This document shows, piece by piece, positions 36,336 to 46,832 of a DNA stretch of 62,456 bases; the first letter of the stretch is position 1, and each line of letters begins with the position of its first letter. The DNA is taken from assembly GCA_030614705.1 (NCBI GenBank), contig JAUWTN010000001.1:1-62456 (forward strand). Reading direction: 5' to 3'. The translations under genes and the position numbers were made by a program. Below the pieces are notes generated by a model. The model was given only the letters and a program-made list of their open reading frames with translations, had not been told where the DNA came from and ran no database searches. This stretch comes from Candidatus Aenigmatarchaeota archaeon (GTDB taxonomy: Archaea > Aenigmatarchaeota > Aenigmatarchaeia > QMZS01).

Positions 36336-36863
36336 TTATTTAGTAATTATTGAATAACCCTGGTCTTTTATTTCAAACCAGTTATCCAAAAGAAAATTTG
36401 ATAGGTATGCTCCTTCTAAATTATACACATAAAAAGAATTGTCTGAAAATTTTGTTCTTTTTCTTATCTCTATTAAAGATTCATTGCCTTTTATTATTTT
36501 TGGCACAAGAAAAAATTTCCTCTTATCATCTTTACCCTCAGCCTGTTTAAAATTCGTACTACCCAATACTTCAGCATATTGGAAAGGTATTTCATTTTCT
36601 GAGACTTTGTTTATCAACTGGAGGGTTTTTCCAAAAAAAGTGATAAATTCTTCAGGGGTGCAGTCAAAAATTTCAGGGTCTAACTTCACCTCAAAACTAT
36701 AGCCCTTCTGATAAAATGGGTCAGTTATCCAATAATGATGAACACCTCTTCTACAATCATGAAGTTCCTGATTATTAATATAATTAGTAGGATTTTCTAA
36801 AAAATCCGAGTAAACCTGTTCAATGGTTTTTGTTTCACTATTCTTAAGTGCTGTATCTGACAT
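36336..36863 (-). CDS. Hypothetical protein
   Basis: 175-aa ORF between co-oriented genes; no motif recognised. Confidence 0.7.
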   Translation of the reverse strand: MSDTALKNSETKTIEQVYSDFLENPTNYINNQELHDCRRGVHHYWITDPFYQKGYSFEVKLDPEIFDCTPEEFITFFGKTLQLINKVSENEIPFQYAEVLGSTNFKQAEGKDDKRKFFLVPKIIKGNESLIEIRKRTKFSDNSFYVYNLEGAYLSNFLLDNWFEIKDQGYSIITK

Positions 36864-36916
36864 AAAATATTGTAATCTAAAATTTTAAATAATTGAATTT
36901 TTGTTAAGACTTATTT

Positions 36917-37819
36917 TTACTTACTTCCTTTTATTGCGAGTTTCGCCGCTCCAATCGCCGAGTTTTTGACAATGCAAATCTCCGCTTTTGGAAAAAGTTT
37001 TTTAATTCTCGGGTTCAGATTTTTCATTATAAATTTATTGGTGAAAACGCTTCCAGTCAAAGCAATTTTAAAACTTCCCTTAAGTCCTGCTCTTTTCACA
37101 ACAGCCTTAAGTCCACACTCAATTTCATCAACTGCTGAACTGAGTATCTCTCTCGCAATTTTGTCTTTTTTTTCAAGGGCTTTTTCTGTTAAAGGCGCAA
37201 ATCCCGCAACTTTTTTCTTTAAATTTCCAGTATAAATATAATCCACCAGGTCTTCCACGCTTTTTATCTTTAATTTATTAAAAACCATCTTTTCAAGAAT
37301 TGTTTTCTTGCCTCTGCCGTCATTGGATTTTACTACCGCTCTCAAAACCTTAAGTCCAATAAAATAACCCGAGCCATCATCAGCCAGCAAATAACCCACA
37401 CCGCTTGCCTTAACAGTTTTGTTTTTGTTTACTGCAAAAAAAGCGGAACCTGTCCCCGCAATTGCAACAGCCCCATTTTCCGCATCAATAGAAGGCAATA
37501 CGGTTTCTATATCATTTACAACAATAAAATCTGATTTAATCATTTTACCAAATTTGCTTTTTTTAATCATTTTTACAATTTTCTTTTCTTCCTCTTCTGT
37601 ATCCATTCCCGCAAAAGCAAAACATGAAAATTTAAGATTGAATTTAATAGACAAAGCAATTTCATCAAGAGTATTTACAAATTGTTTTTCTGTCAAATGC
37701 CTGTGAGATAAATTATCTTTTCTTGTTTCAAATACCTTTTTTCCTTTTGAATTAACCACAAATACAGCCGTCTTTGTTACTCCCGCATCAATACCTAAAT
37801 AATATTCCGGTTCAAGCAT
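36917..37819 (-). CDS. BadF/BadG-type sugar kinase (N-acetylglucosamine/hexose kinase-like)
   Basis: LGIDAGVTKT, AGMD, VND, IAGTGS, GYLLADDGSG, LTGSVF. Confidence 0.85.
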   Translation of the reverse strand: MLEPEYYLGIDAGVTKTAVFVVNSKGKKVFETRKDNLSHRHLTEKQFVNTLDEIALSIKFNLKFSCFAFAGMDTEEEEKKIVKMIKKSKFGKMIKSDFIVVNDIETVLPSIDAENGAVAIAGTGSAFFAVNKNKTVKASGVGYLLADDGSGYFIGLKVLRAVVKSNDGRGKKTILEKMVFNKLKIKSVEDLVDYIYTGNLKKKVAGFAPLTEKALEKKDKIAREILSSAVDEIECGLKAVVKRAGLKGSFKIALTGSVFTNKFIMKNLNPRIKKLFPKAEICIVKNSAIGAAKLAIKGSK

Positions 37820-37844
37820 AATTAAAATACTTTTGTTTTATTTA

Positions 37845-38711
37845 TTATTTTTTAAATTCTGACAAAATTTTTCTGAAATCTGGGTTCCGTTTAACTGTGT
37901 GCCATTTTTTCATGTGGGGCCACTGGTCTTCATAAATTGGTTTATTGGTTTCATAAAAAATACCTGTTGGAATTTTTGAATTTTCATTTTGGCAATAATC
38001 CCACTCCAAAGCTTTCTTCATCGCATCTTCATAATTTCCTGTATTATGATTTTCAAGCTTGTAGATATGCTCCCTAATAAATTGTGTTGTGTTGTGATAA
38101 GAAATGCATGGCTGAAGAATTTCCACAAATGAGAATCCTTTATGCATAACTGCTGCTTCAATTAATTTTGTCAGGTTTGGAATATCCAAAGCAAAACCTC
38201 TTGAAATAAAACTCGCTCCGCAGGTCATAGTAAGCGCTAAAGGATTAACTGGTTTTTCGTGAACTCCCAAAGGTGTTGAAGGTGTAACCAGACCTTTCTC
38301 GCTTACAGGCGTTGCCTGTCCTGTTGTCAAAGAAAACATTTGGTTGTCAAAAACAAGAAATGTTGTGTCTTCATTGTATCTGCAGGAATGCACCACATGA
38401 GCCATTCCCTCAGCGTAAGTTGAACCATCTCCCCCAAAACCTATAATTTTCAATTCAGGGTTTCCTAATTTTATTCCAAACATTGTTGGTAAAGATCTTC
38501 CATGCAAAGTGTGGAAAAAATTAATATTCAGATAATCATAAATTTTATCAAAACAACCAACACCGCTGACTCCAACAATATTCTCGCGTTTCACTTTTTC
38601 ATCATTCACAAGATTTGTTATTGCCTGCTTGACTGAAGTTAAAATTCCAAAGTCTGTGCAACCCGGGCACCACGTTGATTTTTCCCCTGTATTTAAATCT
38701 TCTGCTTTCAT
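37845..38711 (-). CDS. 2-oxoacid:ferredoxin oxidoreductase beta subunit
   Basis: WCPGC, SGVGC, HTLHGR, GGDG TPP motif, LTTGQATP, ILQPC. Confidence 0.93.
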   Translation of the reverse strand: MKAEDLNTGEKSTWCPGCTDFGILTSVKQAITNLVNDEKVKRENIVGVSGVGCFDKIYDYLNINFFHTLHGRSLPTMFGIKLGNPELKIIGFGGDGSTYAEGMAHVVHSCRYNEDTTFLVFDNQMFSLTTGQATPVSEKGLVTPSTPLGVHEKPVNPLALTMTCGASFISRGFALDIPNLTKLIEAAVMHKGFSFVEILQPCISYHNTTQFIREHIYKLENHNTGNYEDAMKKALEWDYCQNENSKIPTGIFYETNKPIYEDQWPHMKKWHTVKRNPDFRKILSEFKK

Positions 38712-40351
38712 TTTACTACCTTATTGACCCTTTCAACAATCTCTTCAGATGTGAATGGTCTTCCATCATATTTTAAAACTTTTTTATTTATAATCTTTCC
38801 TGTCTGCTCAGCAATTATATCTCCAAGCAATCCAGTTGCATTGTTTTCAATAAGTATAACTTCATCAGAATTCTCAATTTCTCTCTTCACTTCCTCTGCT
38901 GGGAAAGGCGATATATAAGAAACCTGCAAGAATCTGAAATCCGGCAAATCTTTCAATGCATCAACTATTGCACCTTTTGTTGAACCCCATCCAACAATCA
39001 ATTTCTTTCCCTGTCCATGAAGATATACCGGAACCAAATCCATTATCTCTTCTTTCAAATCATCCAATTTCTTTAATCTCTTATCATTCATTTTAATTAC
39101 TTCGTCGGCTTTCTCAGTTGTGTACCCGTATTCATTGTGTTCATAACTTGTAGCCCTCACAACAGCGCCCTGTCCGGGAACAGATCTTGGAGAAACTCCA
39201 TTTTCAGTTATTAAATAACTCTTGTAATCTTCGCAGGGTTCTGTGATGTAACGGCTTGGTTTAATTTTTGGTTCTTCAAAATCATCAAAACTATAATTGC
39301 TTTCTCCCACATGCTTGTCACCAAGAATCATTACAAGCACTCTGTATTTTGAAGCCAAATGGAAAGCCTCAATTGTCCTGTAAAAACATTCCTTTGCGTC
39401 ACCAGGAGCAACAACAACGCGGACAAATTCGCCGTGCCCCACATTTACCGCAAATTTCAAATCTCCCTGTGAATTGTAAGTTGGGACTCCTGAAGCAGGT
39501 CCGGTTCTCTGGCTAAGATACACCACTAAAGGGACTTCGGACATTCCCTGCAAACTAAGAGCTTCTGTCATTAAAGCAAATCCAGCTCCTGAAGTTCCTA
39601 TCATCGTATTCGCTCCGGCATAACTTGCCCCTAATGCAGAACAGGCAACAGCAATTTCATTTTCAGGCTGAACAACTATAAAATCATGCTCCACCTGTTT
39701 TGATGCTAGTTCATGAAGGACCGGTGTTGCAGGAGTTATTGGGTAAGCAACGTACATATCAATTCCTGAAGTAATTGCACCCATTGAAATTGCTTCATTA
39801 CCGGTTATAAAATATTTAGGTTTTCCATCAGGATTATCCAGTTCCATTTTCTTTTCAACGCAATTATAACCCTCAATTATAGATTCTTCAAGCAAATCTA
39901 TCTTTTTCTTAAATGCTCCCTTTACCACTTTAACCACAGGTTCAACAGGCAAACCAATAATTTTTGCCAAAGCTCCTATTAATATATCATTTCCTAATTT
40001 TGCGGATGCGCCTAATTTCTCAAGGTGAGCCTGCACATCAATGCCAATCAGATTTTTTCCTTTCAGATTCTTGTCTCCCAAAATAAATCCGCCTTCTTTT
40101 AAATCGTTTTCATGCCTGTCAATTAGATCCTGATTTAAAGCAAAAATCACATCATAAGAATTGTCATGAGAATAAACCGGGTTATCGGATATTTTAAGAA
40201 CATTAAAATTAAATCCACCTTTTATCAAAGATTGATATTCCCTATAATTAAACACATAATATCCCGCATTTGTAAAAACTTCGCTTATCAGGAGAGTGGT
40301 TTTGGCGATTCCTTTTCCGGCTTCGCCACCAATCAGAATGTGCTTCTCCAT
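38708..40351 (-). CDS. 2-oxoacid:ferredoxin oxidoreductase alpha subunit (gamma-alpha fusion)
   Basis: IGGEAGKG, YQSLIKGG, GNEA, YPITPAT, ENEIA, TSGAGFALMTE, QRTGPASGVPT. Confidence 0.94.
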   Translation of the reverse strand: MEKHILIGGEAGKGIAKTTLLISEVFTNAGYYVFNYREYQSLIKGGFNFNVLKISDNPVYSHDNSYDVIFALNQDLIDRHENDLKEGGFILGDKNLKGKNLIGIDVQAHLEKLGASAKLGNDILIGALAKIIGLPVEPVVKVVKGAFKKKIDLLEESIIEGYNCVEKKMELDNPDGKPKYFITGNEAISMGAITSGIDMYVAYPITPATPVLHELASKQVEHDFIVVQPENEIAVACSALGASYAGANTMIGTSGAGFALMTEALSLQGMSEVPLVVYLSQRTGPASGVPTYNSQGDLKFAVNVGHGEFVRVVVAPGDAKECFYRTIEAFHLASKYRVLVMILGDKHVGESNYSFDDFEEPKIKPSRYITEPCEDYKSYLITENGVSPRSVPGQGAVVRATSYEHNEYGYTTEKADEVIKMNDKRLKKLDDLKEEIMDLVPVYLHGQGKKLIVGWGSTKGAIVDALKDLPDFRFLQVSYISPFPAEEVKREIENSDEVILIENNATGLLGDIIAEQTGKIINKKVLKYDGRPFTSEEIVERVNKVVK

Positions 40352-40492
40352 CTTACTATTTGAAATAAGTTTTTAAGTTATCTAAATATTTGGAGTTTAT
40401 CTAAAATCCAAAAAGGCGTTAAACTGATTTAATTGACAAAAGAAACTAAATTAATTAATAAAATCATTCGGTTATTTGAAAGTAGATATATT

Positions 40493-41416
40493 ATGAAAAA
40501 CTATTTCAGATTATTTGGGTTAATCGGTATAGGTATATTTATCTATTTAATGTCAACAATTAATTTAAATCTTTTATTGGATTCTTTCAAATCAATGAAT
40601 TATACTTATCTGCTGATATCTCTTTTGCTTATTATTCCTGTAGTTTTTGTAAAAGTTATAAAATGGTTATTGCTCATAGATAAAAAAGATAAAATTAGTT
40701 TGTCTGAAGGTGTATTCGCATGGGTTGCAGGATTTGGTATTGGAATGTTAACTCCAGGAAAAGTTGGTGATTTTACAAAAGTAAAATTTCTCAAATCAAA
40801 ACCTGGAAAAAGTTTTCTCACCATTCTGGTTGACCGTCTTAATGATATTTTCGTTCTATTTATTCTCGGAATATTTTCGGTTTTCATATTATTCTCAAAC
40901 AAAACACATCTAGCTAATTTAAGTTATCTATTCCTATTATTCTTCGTATTTTTTATCATAGGAATACTTATTTTAAGAAATGAAAAATTAATTAAAAAAA
41001 TTGGTATGCCTTTTTACAAAGTTTTGGTTCCTAAAAAATTTAAGGGTATTGCCGGAGAAAATATTAATATTTTTTATGAAAACTTTAACAAATTGAATAA
41101 AAATAAAATAATTATTAATTTTCTGTTAAGTGTCCTTGCCTGGTTTGGTTGTTTTATTCAGTTTTGGTTTTTGTCTCTTGCATTTGGATTAAACTTATCT
41201 TATATTTCAATTTGTTTAATCATGCCTGTGCTGATTTTAGTTCAGTTAATTCCTATTTCAATTTCGGGTATAGGTACAAGAGAAGCTGCCGCAGTTTTGC
41301 TCTTATCAACTTTTGGAATCTCTCCGGAATTGGCAATTGCTTTCTCCTTGGGGATTATGGTTGAAGATTATATTCTTGGAGGAATTGGACTATTATGCTG
41401 GCTGAAAGTTAAATAA
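40493..41416 (+). CDS. Flippase-like membrane protein (lysylphosphatidylglycerol synthase TM / YbhN family)
   Basis: TPGKVGD, DRLND, IPISISGIGTRE; many TM helices; ATG at 40493 preferred. Confidence 0.88.
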   Translation: MKNYFRLFGLIGIGIFIYLMSTINLNLLLDSFKSMNYTYLLISLLLIIPVVFVKVIKWLLLIDKKDKISLSEGVFAWVAGFGIGMLTPGKVGDFTKVKFLKSKPGKSFLTILVDRLNDIFVLFILGIFSVFILFSNKTHLANLSYLFLLFFVFFIIGILILRNEKLIKKIGMPFYKVLVPKKFKGIAGENINIFYENFNKLNKNKIIINFLLSVLAWFGCFIQFWFLSLAFGLNLSYISICLIMPVLILVQLIPISISGIGTREAAAVLLLSTFGISPELAIAFSLGIMVEDYILGGIGLLCWLKVK

Positions 41417-41427
41417 AAAAATTCTGT

Positions 41428-42096
41428 TTAATTTATAAATTTCTTCCTGATTAAAAAATAAATAATTCTAAACCCATCTGATTCTTTAAGTTTTTCTTCC
41501 CCAATTCTTGGAAAATAATCAATCAAAATTTCTTTTGATTTTAAGTTTAACCTGCGCATATTCATAAATAAATCCGCTTCAAGTTCAAAACCCTTTGCGG
41601 AAATTTTCATACTTTTCAAAACATCCCCTCTAAAACCCCACATACCCGTGCAAATATCAATATATTTTCCATACAACAAAAATCCCAATAAACTGATAAT
41701 TTTATTTCCTATAAAATGGACTATATTTTTCAATTTAAATCTTACTCCTTTCCTTTTTCCTGAAACTATTTCATATTCTTTTAGATTCTCCAAAAATATT
41801 GGTATATCTTTTGCGGGATAACTTGCATCCCCATCAAGCATTACATAAAATTCGTCTTTTTTAATTGGATATTTTTTCAGGAAAGTCTGGAAACCCATGC
41901 CTTTGCCTTTGCCTTCCTGAAACAAGATTTCAACACCCTCATTTTTTGCTATTTTCACAGTTTTATCTTTTGAATATCCATCAACAATAAGAATTTTATC
42001 CACCCAAGGTTTTACCTGAGTTATTACTTTTTTTATACTTTCTTCTTCGTTTTTAGTCGGAATTAATGCAATAACTCTTTTCTTTGACACACCCAT
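41428..42096 (-). CDS. Glycosyltransferase family 2 (dolichol-phosphate hexosyltransferase-like)
   Basis: IPTKNEE, VDGYSKDKT, GKG, LDGDASY, GFELE. Confidence 0.9.
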   Translation of the reverse strand: MGVSKKRVIALIPTKNEEESIKKVITQVKPWVDKILIVDGYSKDKTVKIAKNEGVEILFQEGKGKGMGFQTFLKKYPIKKDEFYVMLDGDASYPAKDIPIFLENLKEYEIVSGKRKGVRFKLKNIVHFIGNKIISLLGFLLYGKYIDICTGMWGFRGDVLKSMKISAKGFELEADLFMNMRRLNLKSKEILIDYFPRIGEEKLKESDGFRIIYFLIRKKFIN

Positions 42097-42144
42097 ATTT
42101 ATAATCTATTTACAACAATAGTTTAATTTTTATAAGATTTAATA

Positions 42145-44022
42145 ATGGAAATCCTGACTATAATTTACTTCTTCACAGTTATTTTTGGTTTGGGGTATTC
42201 AGTAAAAAAATTATTAAAATTGGAAGAATTTAAGGATATTTTGGAAGAAATTATATTTATTTTGGGTTTGGGTTTGGGTTCTTTTGTGTTGTTATGTATT
42301 CCATTAAACGCAATTCGTGGTTTAATTTGGCCGGCGTTTTTAATCATCTCTCTTATAATTCCTTTATATTCTCTGGGTGAAAAAATAAAACAGAATAAGT
42401 TAAAATTAAACTTTTCAAATATTGCTTATAAAAATTATATTGTTGTTGGATTAATAACTCTAATATTTTTCTATGTGTACCTTACAGGGGCTTTTGGATA
42501 TCCTTATCTTGAAGATGATGATCCTTGGATACACGCTGAAGCCGCAAAATATGTTTCAATTGAACATACATATATTCAACCAGACCATTTTCCAATGCAT
42601 TACCTTGAACCATACCCTCCTTTTTATTCTACTATGATGGGTGTGTTGCATCAAGTCCACCCAGAATCCGTGCAATGGGTCTTGAAATTTTTCAATGTTT
42701 TACTCATCACTTTAGGTCTTCCTTTTATTTATATCTGGTTGAGAAGATTTACCCAATCCGATAATACTGCCTTGACCGGAACTTTTTTGTTTGCGGTTCT
42801 TCCCTGTTTTATGAATCATTTTATCTGGGCGCAGACACTTGCTTTAGTTCTTTGGTTCCCTGCTTTATATTCCATTGAAAAAATGAAGAATGGGGAAAAG
42901 AAAAAATGGTTGGTAACAAGTATTTTAACAATATCCGCAATTTTAATAACCCAATCCTCAACAGCAGCAATCTTTATGATGTTCTTTGGGTGCTATTTTT
43001 TAGTTGAATTTGTCGCCAGTTTATTAAATTCTAAAACTCACAATCCAATCAAAATATTCAAAAGTAAAGAAATAAAATATTTATTTCTTGCGGGATTTCT
43101 CGGGTTAATTCTTGCTGTATCAATTTATTGGTTGCCTGAAATAGGTTTCAGAGGTTGGGATGACGCTGGAGAAAGAATGGGTTTCATTAAAAAAGATTTC
43201 TTTGTTGGCGGAACAACTGCAGATACTTCAGGAGGTCTTGTTTATGGATTGCAGGATTTCGTAATTGCGCCCAATGTTTCAAAAATGGATCAGGCAACAG
43301 GGTTGGGTCCTGTGATTTTTGTGTTATTATTATTCTCCATCATTGTGTTGCTATATCAGCGAAAGAAATTAACCAGCCCGCGCAACAAATATCTGCTGGT
43401 CTCTTTATTATGGCTGATTATTGGATTCCTTGGTGTTGAAGGAAATGCTCTTCCTTTTAAATTAATGCCACACAGATTCTGGGTATTCTTTGCAATACCA
43501 GTTGTAATTTTAGTTGCCTGGGGAATAATTTTGATTTATAACTCAACAAAAAAAGATAAAGCAATTTCTTACATAATAATCTCTTTGATATTTGCCGGAA
43601 TTTTAATTACTTCCGCTTATCCAAAATATATTGTCCAGACATCGCAATGGCCCTCTGGTGTTGGATGGTCTTCCAATGAACAAATTCAGGGTTATGTTGG
43701 ATTAAAAGAACTTCCTCCAAATACTTTGATTTATAGCTTATGCAAAAACCCAAAGACGGTTATAGGTGTGGATAAAATGGATTATCCCTGGATTAAAGAA
43801 ATCGAAGATTATCAAAAATTAGCATTAAATGACACTTTGAATAATAACCATGCGTTTCTAAAAAAATATAAATATTCTTATCTAATACTTGATGGTGGGT
43901 GTGTTAAGGACTTTGGTTTAAATCAAACTAACTTAAAAATACAGGAGATATTTGGCTCTGGAAAATTCAGAGTTGAAGAAAAACTAAGCAATAAGGGTTT
44001 CTTTTTGTTTAAAATATTATAA
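42145..44022 (+). CDS. Polytopic GT-C-like membrane glycosyltransferase
   Basis: Many TM helices, EDDDPWIH acidic loop, YPP, late RF motif, soluble C-terminal domain with Y-x-Y. Confidence 0.7.
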   Translation: MEILTIIYFFTVIFGLGYSVKKLLKLEEFKDILEEIIFILGLGLGSFVLLCIPLNAIRGLIWPAFLIISLIIPLYSLGEKIKQNKLKLNFSNIAYKNYIVVGLITLIFFYVYLTGAFGYPYLEDDDPWIHAEAAKYVSIEHTYIQPDHFPMHYLEPYPPFYSTMMGVLHQVHPESVQWVLKFFNVLLITLGLPFIYIWLRRFTQSDNTALTGTFLFAVLPCFMNHFIWAQTLALVLWFPALYSIEKMKNGEKKKWLVTSILTISAILITQSSTAAIFMMFFGCYFLVEFVASLLNSKTHNPIKIFKSKEIKYLFLAGFLGLILAVSIYWLPEIGFRGWDDAGERMGFIKKDFFVGGTTADTSGGLVYGLQDFVIAPNVSKMDQATGLGPVIFVLLLFSIIVLLYQRKKLTSPRNKYLLVSLLWLIIGFLGVEGNALPFKLMPHRFWVFFAIPVVILVAWGIILIYNSTKKDKAISYIIISLIFAGILITSAYPKYIVQTSQWPSGVGWSSNEQIQGYVGLKELPPNTLIYSLCKNPKTVIGVDKMDYPWIKEIEDYQKLALNDTLNNNHAFLKKYKYSYLILDGGCVKDFGLNQTNLKIQEIFGSGKFRVEEKLSNKGFFLFKIL

Positions 44023-44028
44023 TTTAGA

Positions 44029-45153
44029 ATGAAAATATGTCTCTGCGCTAACGGGAGCAGCATCCATACCAAGAGATGGATAAATTATTTTGTTGACAGA
44101 GGTCATGAAGTGCATTTAGTTAGCAATATTTCTTATAAATATAAATCTTCAAAATTCCACATATTAAAAAATTATACCAACAACAGGCATCTTAATTTCT
44201 TCGGATATTGCTTACAAATAAAAAAAATAATTAACAAAATAAAACCCGACATAATTCATTCCCATTATGCAACCACCTATGGTTTTCTAGGAGCTCTATC
44301 AGGTTTTCATCCTTTGATTGTTTCTGTGTGGGGCAGTGATGTTCTGGTTGAACCAAAAAACTCAAAAGTTTTTGATTTTTTTACAAGATATGCTTTGAAA
44401 AAAGCTGACTTGATAATTCCAATGGCAACACCAAAAGCAGAATTTATGAAAAATTATTTAATCAAATCCTTTTGTGTGCCTGAAGATAAAATCCAAAGAA
44501 TTCCTTGGGGTATAGACCCAACTATTTTCAAAAGAGGTTATAAACAAGAAGTGGAAAAATTAAGAGAAAACCTAAAAATACAAAAAAATACAAAAATTAT
44601 TTTAAGTGCCCGCCACATGGACCCAAAATATGGAATAAAATATTTAATCAAAGTAATACCTTACCTCACTAAAAAATATCCAAATACTAAATTAATAATA
44701 TTAAGAGGTGGGGGTTCCAAAGAATATGAAAACAAAATGAAAAATCTATCATCAAAATTGAGGGTTTCAGATAAGATTATATTTATTCAAAAACACATAA
44801 ATACAAAAGAGATGTGTGTATATTTGAATCTGGCAGATATATTTGTTTCACTTACAAAAACAGATCAGTTTGCATGCAGCTTAATGGAAGGGATGGCTTG
44901 CGGAACTATTCCTATTGTAAGCAACATTGAAGTATATCAACAATATCTTAAAAACAAAAAAAATGCTCTTTTTGTTGAACCTGAAAATCCAAAAGATATT
45001 GCAGAAAAGATAATTTATTGCTTTAAACATCCTGAAATAAAAAACAAATTTTACAAAATAAATCGTAAAATTATTGAAAAAGATGAAGACTGGAACAAAA
45101 ATGCTAGAAAAATGGAAGAATTATATAAAAAATTAATAAAACTATTATGGTGA
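44029..45153 (+). CDS. Glycosyltransferase family 4
   Basis: SIHTKRW, GHEVHL, PDIIHSHY, WGSDV, LMEGMACG. Confidence 0.9.
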   Translation: MKICLCANGSSIHTKRWINYFVDRGHEVHLVSNISYKYKSSKFHILKNYTNNRHLNFFGYCLQIKKIINKIKPDIIHSHYATTYGFLGALSGFHPLIVSVWGSDVLVEPKNSKVFDFFTRYALKKADLIIPMATPKAEFMKNYLIKSFCVPEDKIQRIPWGIDPTIFKRGYKQEVEKLRENLKIQKNTKIILSARHMDPKYGIKYLIKVIPYLTKKYPNTKLIILRGGGSKEYENKMKNLSSKLRVSDKIIFIQKHINTKEMCVYLNLADIFVSLTKTDQFACSLMEGMACGTIPIVSNIEVYQQYLKNKKNALFVEPENPKDIAEKIIYCFKHPEIKNKFYKINRKIIEKDEDWNKNARKMEELYKKLIKLLW

Positions 45154-45809
45154 AAATTAAAAATATTATCCAAAAAATTCCATTTTTTGATACTTTGATA
45201 AAATGGAAAAATAGAATTATTTTTAAAGGCTCTAAAAAATACTGGAAAAATAGATATAATAAAAAAGGAAATTCAGGCACAGGTTCATACGGAAAACTTG
45301 CTGAATTTAAAGCCAAAGTCTTAAATTCATTTGTAAAAAATAATAAAATTAATTCAGTTATGGAATTTGGGTGCGGCGACAGTCATCAAATAAATTTATT
45401 TAATTTTCCTAATTATATTGGTTTGGATATTTCAGAAACTGCAATAAAAACCAATATGGATTTTTTTAAGAAAGACAAAACAAAAAGTTTTTTCCTGTAT
45501 GATTCAAATTGTTTCAGCGACAACCATTCAATATTTAAAACAGAACTCACTTTATCATTAGACACAATTTATCATCTGGTTGAAAAAGAAATATTTGAGA
45601 ATTATATGAACCACTTATTTTCAACTTCAAATAAATTTGTTATTATTTATTCTTCAGATATTAACACAACAGCAGAAAACCATATAAAATATAGAAAGTT
45701 CGCAGAATGGATTAAAATTAAGTTTCCTGAATGGAAATTAATTAAAAAAATAAAGAATCCTTATTATAAAGACCGCCCTGATTTTTTCATTTATAAAAAA
45801 GTAAAATAA
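45147..45809 (+). CDS. Class I SAM-dependent methyltransferase
   Basis: YWKNRY, GNSGTGSYG, VMEFGCGD, YIGLDIS, SLDTIYHL. Confidence 0.85.
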   Translation: MVKIKNIIQKIPFFDTLIKWKNRIIFKGSKKYWKNRYNKKGNSGTGSYGKLAEFKAKVLNSFVKNNKINSVMEFGCGDSHQINLFNFPNYIGLDISETAIKTNMDFFKKDKTKSFFLYDSNCFSDNHSIFKTELTLSLDTIYHLVEKEIFENYMNHLFSTSNKFVIIYSSDINTTAENHIKYRKFAEWIKIKFPEWKLIKKIKNPYYKDRPDFFIYKKVK

Positions 45810-45934
45810 TGAATGATTTTAACACTTATTTCAAATTTTTTAGGCATTTATTTTACATTCATTGAGTCTCTAAAGTTTTTTTGTTAAATTATAGGATAAA
45901 AACAAAGGATTAATAGAAGATTATCTAAATATTT

Positions 45935-46828
45935 ATGCACTTAAAAAATATTAAAGGGTCTTATCCATTCTTCTTTGTAATTGACGACGGTGGTTTTGAT
46001 TTTGCAGTGAAAGGAGATAAAAACAGTAAAATAACTTTAGAGACCTATGACACAATATTAAAAATTGCAAAAAAATTCAACATAAAAATTCCCATCTGCT
46101 TCACAATGAAATATCTTGATAAAAAAAATATCTCTAGTGTTGGAACTCCTTTAGAATATCTGGATGAATTAACAGAACTCTTTAAAAAAAATAAAAAATA
46201 TCTCGAAATTGGTTCTCATGGTCTTACACATGAATATAAAACCAATCATCCGGGGGAATTTTATTGTCTTGATATCAATAAACCAGTTCCTGAAAAAATA
46301 CAAAGAGAACATATAGAAAAAAGCGCAAAGATATTTGATTACTTAAACCTTGATTTCCCAGAACTATTTGTTCCAGCTTATAATATCTGGGAAAAGGGGA
46401 TTACCGATAAGATATTATCTGAGTATGGGGTAAAATACATAATTGGTCAAAAAAAGTTTGGATATAAAAAACATATTTATAAATATATAAATTCAGATTA
46501 TCTGGAATTTTTACCAAGAGCCAGTCTTGGACTTGCAAGCAAAGAATATTCCCTAACAGGACTTTACAAAAATTACGGTCCTTTTAAATGGAAAATAAAG
46601 GAGTTTGTAAAAATGTTTATTATCCCAAGAAATCCTTTTATCAATCTATATTCAGGAAAATCATTGAAACAAAACAGAGTCCATAGCTACATGACCCATA
46701 TAGGAAATTTCATGCCCTTAAACTATGATTTTTGGGTGGATATGCTAAACGGGGTGAAACAGAATCAAAGATTAAAATTATGTAAAGATAATCGAGAAGC
46801 TATAAAGTATTTTTATAATCGGATATAG
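45935..46828 (+). CDS. Polysaccharide deacetylase-like protein (CE4/DUF2334-like)
   Basis: VIDDG, EIGSHGLTH, FVPAYN motifs. Confidence 0.75.
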   Translation: MHLKNIKGSYPFFFVIDDGGFDFAVKGDKNSKITLETYDTILKIAKKFNIKIPICFTMKYLDKKNISSVGTPLEYLDELTELFKKNKKYLEIGSHGLTHEYKTNHPGEFYCLDINKPVPEKIQREHIEKSAKIFDYLNLDFPELFVPAYNIWEKGITDKILSEYGVKYIIGQKKFGYKKHIYKYINSDYLEFLPRASLGLASKEYSLTGLYKNYGPFKWKIKEFVKMFIIPRNPFINLYSGKSLKQNRVHSYMTHIGNFMPLNYDFWVDMLNGVKQNQRLKLCKDNREAIKYFYNRI

Positions 46829-46832
46829 TTAT

